Positions 58,678 through 64,000 of a DNA stretch of 64,000 nt are shown piece after piece. Below the pieces are notes generated by a model. It saw nothing but the letters and a program-made list of their open reading frames with translations. It did not search any database and had not been told where the DNA came from. The DNA is from Candidatus Latescibacterota bacterium. GTDB lineage: Bacteria; Latescibacterota; UBA2968; UBA8231. The stretch is taken from NCBI GenBank assembly GCA_965221775.1, contig CBDCSU010000004.1:992001-1056000 (forward strand), written 5' to 3'. The translations under genes were made by a program, and so were the position numbers. How positions within the stretch are numbered: position 1 is the first letter of the stretch; every line of letters starts with the position of its first letter.

Positions 58678-60836
58678 GAGCCCACGTAGAAAGGGCTTGT
58701 CCAGGCACGGGATCCGTCGATCTGGGTCACCCGGACGTAGTAGGGATGGGGACGGCCGGCGGCGGGCACCGGCTCGGTGTATTCGAAACGGCAACTGCTT
58801 CCGCAGCCGACCGGCGCCGGCTCGACCCGGACCTGGAGGCCCTCCCCTCCCGCATCGTGCACCCAGGGCGCTTCGGTGACCTCCGCCAGGGCCACTTCGA
58901 AGGAGGCGATGGCGGTCTCGAAGCGAAGCCTGGCCCCGGGACCGGCGTCGACGTCGAGGAGGACGCCGTCCTCGTCTCCCGAGGTGACCGATCGCCAGGC
59001 CACCCGCTCTCCCGTCTGCTCGACGATGCCCTCGGCGGCGCTGTCGAAGGCGTACCCATCGGCCGAGAGGATTCGCCCTCCGTGAAGGGTGAGCGACCCG
59101 TCCCAACGCGCCAGGCGGTCGCGGCCCCGGATGCGGGCTCCGCTCCAGACGACGCGGAGCCGGTCCGGGTCCCGCTCGAGAGGGTCGGGGTGGCTGTAGA
59201 CGCACTCCTTTCCGCGCATGACTCGCACCTCTTCGAGATCGGCGGTGCCCTCGACGGAGACCGAGAGCTGGATGCGGTCGGCGTCGAAGGCCTCTCCGAT
59301 CCAGCGGGTGCCGTCCTGGGCCCGTACGTCCAGGTCGATGCGCCGGCCGGTGGTGGCGTAGCAGCGCCGGGCCCTGAGCGCCTCCCATACGCCCTTCCGG
59401 GTCAGCTCGGTGGCCAGCACGCAGGTGAGCCCCCCGTACACGCCGAAAGACGCGGCGCCCGGATAGCTGGCCCCCGGACGCCCCTTGTGGTCGTCGCTGC
59501 CGGCGACGAAACCGACCCGGCAGCCGCGCTCCAGGGCCTCTTCGAGGAGCCACTCGAACTGGCCCCAGGCCGAGTAGATCTCGATGACGGGCTCCAGTTC
59601 CGGATCGTGGTACCGCAGGTTGGCCGGGCGGCCGCCGATGTGGGGCACCACGAGGGCCGGTCCCCCCCGGCGCAACTCGGCGAACAGCTCCTCCACCGGG
59701 TAGCGGTCGCTGGCCAGGTCTTCCCGATCGTCCACCTGCCAGTGGCTGGTGCGGTGGATGGGGAGACCGTCCTCGAGGTAGTAGACGTTGCGGTCGCCCC
59801 CGGCGGGCGTCGTGGCCGACCACTCGTAGCCGGGGAAGAAGACGAAACGCCCCGGGGCGTCGAATTCGCGCGCCCTCCGGCCGATGCGGTCCCAGAAGGC
59901 CGGGGTGATCTGGAAGTCGTTCCCTTGGTGGCCGGCGAAGTCGAGGAGGGCCACGTCGCGGGCGAAGACGAGGTAGTCCTCGAGGCTGTTGGTGCCCACC
60001 GTCTCCTCGCTCTGGCCGTGCAGGTCCCCCCAGTACGGCGCAAAACGCTCCCCGCCGTCGACGCAGACCACGGGATTGCTCTCGGCTTTCAGGGGTCCGA
60101 TGCGAGCGCTCACCCGGTAGGCGCCGGCCGCTTCCGCCGAGACCTCCTGGATCCGCTGGACGCCCCCCTCGCCCCTGGTGAAGACGACCTCTGCCGGGAC
60201 GCCCTCGAGGCCGCCGGGGTCCAGGGCCACCCGGCCCTTGTGGCCGCGGACGGGGTTCCCCCACTCGTCCTCGAGCTTGACGCCGAGGGGAAAGGGCTCG
60301 CCTCGGACGACCCGGGTCGGAGCGGTCAGGACCAGCCTCGCCGGGGAGGCCGGCACGATCTCGACCGCGGGCTGGTCCTCGATCTCGATGAACCGCCCGG
60401 TGCCGAAGGGATCGACGCAGACCTTGAACTCGAAGGTCCTCTCCTGGAAGGTCTGGGCCACCGTCCCCGCCGAACCTCCGGAGCGGTCCCCGTACACCAC
60501 GGTGATCCTCTCTCCCCGCGACAGGGCCCACTCCGAGACATCGATGACCAGGCACTTCTGCCAGGGCCGCACGTAGCCCTTGGGGTCCCATCGGTGAGAG
60601 ATCCGCCCGGGCCCGTCGGTGGTGACCGTGCAGTAGTCGAGGGCCGTGGGGTCCTGGCTCTGGGGGCGGCCCCAGTCCGAGGCGAAGCGCCAGGCGATCT
60701 TGAGGGTTCCGCCGTCGTCGATCCCGTACTCACCGACGTGGTAGGTGAGGGTATAGGTCCCCAGGCTGCCCGCCACCACCGACCCCGAGGGCTTCAGCTC
60801 CGCCCAGCCGATGTACCGGCCTGTCTTTCTCGTCAT
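58674..60836 (-). CDS. DUF3604-like PHP-fold metalloprotein
   Basis: YWGDLHGQSEETVG, HQGNDF, PGYEWS, PHIGG, EIYSAWG, GFVAGSDDHKGRPG, RRCYATTG, YYVRVTQ, AWTSP. Confidence 0.85.
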   Translation of the reverse strand: MTRKTGRYIGWAELKPSGSVVAGSLGTYTLTYHVGEYGIDDGGTLKIAWRFASDWGRPQSQDPTALDYCTVTTDGPGRISHRWDPKGYVRPWQKCLVIDVSEWALSRGERITVVYGDRSGGSAGTVAQTFQERTFEFKVCVDPFGTGRFIEIEDQPAVEIVPASPARLVLTAPTRVVRGEPFPLGVKLEDEWGNPVRGHKGRVALDPGGLEGVPAEVVFTRGEGGVQRIQEVSAEAAGAYRVSARIGPLKAESNPVVCVDGGERFAPYWGDLHGQSEETVGTNSLEDYLVFARDVALLDFAGHQGNDFQITPAFWDRIGRRAREFDAPGRFVFFPGYEWSATTPAGGDRNVYYLEDGLPIHRTSHWQVDDREDLASDRYPVEELFAELRRGGPALVVPHIGGRPANLRYHDPELEPVIEIYSAWGQFEWLLEEALERGCRVGFVAGSDDHKGRPGASYPGAASFGVYGGLTCVLATELTRKGVWEALRARRCYATTGRRIDLDVRAQDGTRWIGEAFDADRIQLSVSVEGTADLEEVRVMRGKECVYSHPDPLERDPDRLRVVWSGARIRGRDRLARWDGSLTLHGGRILSADGYAFDSAAEGIVEQTGERVAWRSVTSGDEDGVLLDVDAGPGARLRFETAIASFEVALAEVTEAPWVHDAGGEGLQVRVEPAPVGCGSSCRFEYTEPVPAAGRPHPYYVRVTQIDGSRAWTSPFYVGS

Positions 60837-60862
60837 GTCCCTCCCGAAGGCTGCATGGATCT

Positions 60863-60930
60863 AATGTAGAAGCCCCCCGGTTTCCGTGTCACCCCGCCCT
60901 TTTGCCGGCGGTGTCCATTGTTGGTATCAT
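60863..60930. promoter_or_regulatory. Back-to-back divergent sigma70-type promoters
   Basis: Minus: GTGACA-N18-TACATT (60863-60892); plus: TTGCCG-N17-TATCAT with TGn extension (60902-60930). Confidence 0.6.
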
Positions 60931-60947
60931 CGCCCGAGCTACCCAAG

Positions 60948-63320
60948 GTGCCGACCCTTTCCGCCCACATTCTCGAACCCGCCGGCGTCGCCAGGAGCCG
61001 CTGGCCGGTCACCGCGGGACTGCCCTTCGCCCCCGGCGAGCTGAGAGAGACGGAAGGCCTGGGCGTTTCCACCGAGGACGGCCAGGCCCTGCCGGCACGG
61101 GCCGACGTGCGCGCCCGCTGGCCGGACGGCTCGGTGCGCTGGGCCCTGCTCGACCTGCAGGTGGAGATCGGGGCGCAGGAGCGGCTCGGGCTGCTGATCG
61201 ATCCGCAGGCCGGCCCAGGCGACTTCAAGTCGCCGCTGCACGGCGAGATCCGCGGGGACTTCATCGATGTGGAGACGGGCGCGCTGGCTCTGCGCATCGG
61301 CCGCCGGGGGCGCCGCCTGATCCGGTCCGTCTCCAGGGGGCGCCGCGAATTCCTCGCCATGGGGGACGAGGGTGACCTGACGGCCTGGGACGGAGAGGGG
61401 AACGCCTGTTCCGGCCGGATCGAGGCGGCCGCGATCGAGGAGGCGAATCCCCTGCGCCTCGTGGTCCGCTGCCGAGGCCGCTTCACCGGTCCGGCGGGGC
61501 CCTTCCTGGGCTTCGAGGCCCGCATCATCTGCTTCGCCCATCAGCCCTTCGTGCGCATCGACTTCACTTTCGTCCACGACCTCGACCACCGGGCCGAGCT
61601 GTTCCTCCGCAGGCTCGCGCTGCAACTGCCACTGTCTCTGGCCGCGGCTCCGCGCCGGGCCCTGGCGGGCTCCCAAGTCTCGGGGTGGACCTTCCACGAG
61701 CCCATCGACCTTGCGCCCACGGACAGGATCGACCTGACGCAGTGGAACCTGGAGCGCCACTGCCTCCGCTGGGGGGGCGGCCAGCGTCTCGACCTGCGGA
61801 CCAACAGCCTCGGGTGGCTGCACGTCGCCGACGGCCAGGCCGGAGTGACCTGCAAGCTGCGCCGCCCCTCTCAGAGCTATCCGAAGAGATGGGCCTTCGA
61901 GGACGACCGCCTGTGCCTGGACTTGTTCCCGGATCTCTCGGGTCTGGGCGACGCCGAGAGCGGCCCCGGACGCAGGTACACGGAGATCGACTATGCCGGC
62001 GGCGCCTGCCACGACGGGCCGCTGCGGTTGCCCCAGGGCATGGCGCGGACCCACGAGATCTACCTGCACTTCGGCCCCGGGGCCGCCGGCGCGGCCGAGG
62101 TCGACCGCTTCTGCCTGGCCGCGGAGATGCCGCTGCTGCTGCAGCTGCCTTCCACCCGATACGCCGAGACCGGTGTCTTCGGGCCCTTCCCCCCCTTCTC
62201 GGAAGCCCGCTGGCCGCTGGAGGCCAGGCTGCGACGGTTCTGCCGCCCCCCGAACGGCCGCGGCATCCTCAACGACGGCGACCAGGTGCGCCTGGAGAGC
62301 CTGGCCGATGGCCGCGTGGTGACCCGCACCACCGAGAACCTGGCCTACGAGCTGCCGCGCTCGATCCTGCGGCAGTACCTGCGCTCGGGGGATCAGCGCC
62401 TGTTCTGGGAGGGCCAGGCGGCCGTCCGCCACCTCATGGACGTGGACACCGTGCACCACCAGTCGGAGCATCCGGAGTGGGTCGGCGGACCGTACTTCCA
62501 GTGGTCGCAGAACCACCACTATGCCACGACCGACGAGACCGACCTGACCGGCCCTCGCACGAGCCACACCTGGCTCGGGTCGCTCCTCGACTACCACTTC
62601 CTCACCGGCTGTCCCCGCGCCCGGCAGGTCGCCGAGATGTGCGCCGACTATTGCCGCCGCGCCGCACCGTATCACTGGAAGCAGGAGCTCACCCCCGAAC
62701 GAGCGGCCGCGGCGGCCGCCGGCGAGCCCGTCCCCTGGCGGTTCTCCACCCGCAGCGTGGGATGGGCCCTGACGGGGATGGGGACCTACTACGACGCCTT
62801 CCCGGAGGACCGCTTCCTGCCCGCCATGGAGTCCCTCGTCGACCTCCTCGAGGTCTGGCAGGACGAGCAGGGCCGCTGGCGCGACCGCATCGGCACCCAC
62901 AACCTGGGCGAAACCCCCTTCATGGTCTCCGGAGTTCTCCAGGGGCTGCAGCTCTACCATGCCGCCACCGGCGAAGAGCGGGCCCGAAGGATGCTGCTGG
63001 ACGGCACCCGCTTCCTGTCCCGGAAGGGACGCACCCCGGAAGGCCTATTCTATTACAAAGAAGCTCCCATATCGGCCGATCCCCACACCTCGACGGCCAT
63101 GCTTCTCGGCCCCTTGGCCTGGGCCCACGAGCAGACCGGCGAGGCCGACCTGCTCGATGCGGGGTACCGGCTCTTCCGCTGGCTCGTCGACGAGGGCCAG
63201 GTCTCCACCTACATGCTGAAGGACCTCTTCGCCTTCATGCCGCTCATGGAGCGGCTGGGCCTTCTGGGCGACTACGAGCCCCCCGACGCCAGGTCCGCTG
63301 CCCGGGAGGGCTCTGGATGA
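60948..63320 (+). CDS. YetA/PcRGLX (exo-rhamnogalacturonan lyase, PL26)-like protein
   Basis: PVTAGLPF, RWPDGSVRWALLD N-terminal barrel motif; DVDTVH, SHTW, YHFLTG, RSVGW in alpha/alpha region; family from memory, activity unproven. Confidence 0.65.
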   Translation: MPTLSAHILEPAGVARSRWPVTAGLPFAPGELRETEGLGVSTEDGQALPARADVRARWPDGSVRWALLDLQVEIGAQERLGLLIDPQAGPGDFKSPLHGEIRGDFIDVETGALALRIGRRGRRLIRSVSRGRREFLAMGDEGDLTAWDGEGNACSGRIEAAAIEEANPLRLVVRCRGRFTGPAGPFLGFEARIICFAHQPFVRIDFTFVHDLDHRAELFLRRLALQLPLSLAAAPRRALAGSQVSGWTFHEPIDLAPTDRIDLTQWNLERHCLRWGGGQRLDLRTNSLGWLHVADGQAGVTCKLRRPSQSYPKRWAFEDDRLCLDLFPDLSGLGDAESGPGRRYTEIDYAGGACHDGPLRLPQGMARTHEIYLHFGPGAAGAAEVDRFCLAAEMPLLLQLPSTRYAETGVFGPFPPFSEARWPLEARLRRFCRPPNGRGILNDGDQVRLESLADGRVVTRTTENLAYELPRSILRQYLRSGDQRLFWEGQAAVRHLMDVDTVHHQSEHPEWVGGPYFQWSQNHHYATTDETDLTGPRTSHTWLGSLLDYHFLTGCPRARQVAEMCADYCRRAAPYHWKQELTPERAAAAAAGEPVPWRFSTRSVGWALTGMGTYYDAFPEDRFLPAMESLVDLLEVWQDEQGRWRDRIGTHNLGETPFMVSGVLQGLQLYHAATGEERARRMLLDGTRFLSRKGRTPEGLFYYKEAPISADPHTSTAMLLGPLAWAHEQTGEADLLDAGYRLFRWLVDEGQVSTYMLKDLFAFMPLMERLGLLGDYEPPDARSAAREGSG

Positions 63321-64000
63321 AGGACGACCCCGGCCTGCTGGAGATCGTGGAACGCGCCCTGCGGGAGGATCTCGGCGGCGGCCTCGACCCCGATGCGGAC
63401 GTCACCACCCGGTGGACGGTGGGCGTCGCCGCCGAGGCCCGCGCCCGGATCCTGTCCCGCGGCGCCGGGGTCGCGGCCGGCGTGCAGGCGGCGGTCCTGG
63501 TCTTCCGGCGGCTCCATCCAGGACTATCGGTCCACGCGGTCCTGGCCGATGGCGACCCCCTGGTCCCGGGCGACAACGTCCTCCACCTGAGTGGCCCCGC
63601 CGCCCCCATCCTCGTGGGCGAACGCACCGCTCTCAACCTGCTTCAGCAATTGTCGGGCATCGCCTCCCTGACGCGGACCTACGTCGATGCCGTGGCGGGG
63701 ACCCGGGCCCGAATCACGGATACCCGCAAGACCATCCCCGGCCTGCGGCGCCTGCAGAAGGAGGCGGTGCGCAGCGGAGGCGGCTTCAATCACCGTTTCG
63801 GGCTGCACGATGCCGTGCTCATCAAGGAGAACCACGCCCGCGCCGCCGGGGGGGTGGTCGAGGCGGTGCGCCGGGCGCGCGCAGGGGCCGCCGAGCCGGA
63901 GAGGGAGCGGCCCCCGATCATGTGTGAAGCGGAGACTCTGGAGGAGGTTCAGGCTCTGGTGGTAGCCGGTCCCCGGAGCCGCCCGGACCGGATCCTCCTC
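63317..64000 (+). CDS. nadC: Quinolinate phosphoribosyltransferase, 5' part (runs off window)
   Basis: Not in ORF track; ALREDL, DVTT, GERTALN, SGIASLT, DTRKTIPG, NHRFGLHDAVLIKENH; ATGA overlap with upstream gene. Confidence 0.95.
   Translation, partial: MKDDPGLLEIVERALREDLGGGLDPDADVTTRWTVGVAAEARARILSRGAGVAAGVQAAVLVFRRLHPGLSVHAVLADGDPLVPGDNVLHLSGPAAPILVGERTALNLLQQLSGIASLTRTYVDAVAGTRARITDTRKTIPGLRRLQKEAVRSGGGFNHRFGLHDAVLIKENHARAAGGVVEAVRRARAGAAEPERERPPIMCEAETLEEVQALVVAGPRSRPDRILL

Noticed and set aside
58678-60591. Apparent 1226-aa protein with long N-terminus on the GT3-like gene
   Set aside because: Arg/Pro/Gly-rich alternative frame over the DUF3604-like gene; real start is GTG 58677

Overview
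GC-rich (roughly 70% by eye) bacterial chromosomal window made mostly of core genes; no mobile element, prophage, CRISPR array or rRNA was seen. In order: start of the dcw cluster (mraZ-rsmH-ftsL-ftsI-murE-murF) with a canonical promoter and MraZ boxes; a sulfur/Fe-S block (yyaL-like, cysK, Cys-rich MerR, iscA, iscS, rhodanese-moeB, trmB); an atypical ssb behind a sigma54-like promoter; tRNA-Ala(UGC); cfa; a UbiA-family gene; rplM-rpsI-rpsB-tsf-frr (no pyrH); hydrolase-GT2-queA-ispDF-dedA; fused ECF ATPase-pyrC; an RNase HII-YraN fusion; hrcA-grpE-dnaJ-mrp-orphan nuoB-like-prmA-rsmE-aroQ (no dnaK); CBM9/FGE/GNAT/rpiA; ilvD; a lipid locus (1397-aa reductase-adenylation-ACP-acyltransferase ElbD-like gene with lgt, divergent from a lipid kinase and an MCE transporter carrying an extra outer-membrane barrel candidate); folA; a second desulfurase with GT3-like and DUF3604-like genes; a PL26/YetA-like protein; nadC (partial). 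Gene order suggests an FCB-group organism such as Latescibacterota/Gemmatimonadota (inference only). Best candidates for undescribed systems: the ElbD-like/Lgt/DAGK/MCE lipid locus, the Mrp plus orphan NuoB pair in the chaperone operon, the MerR-headed isc operon, and the RNase HII-YraN fusion with a clamp-motif-like linker. All calls come from motif recognition by eye; no database searches were run.
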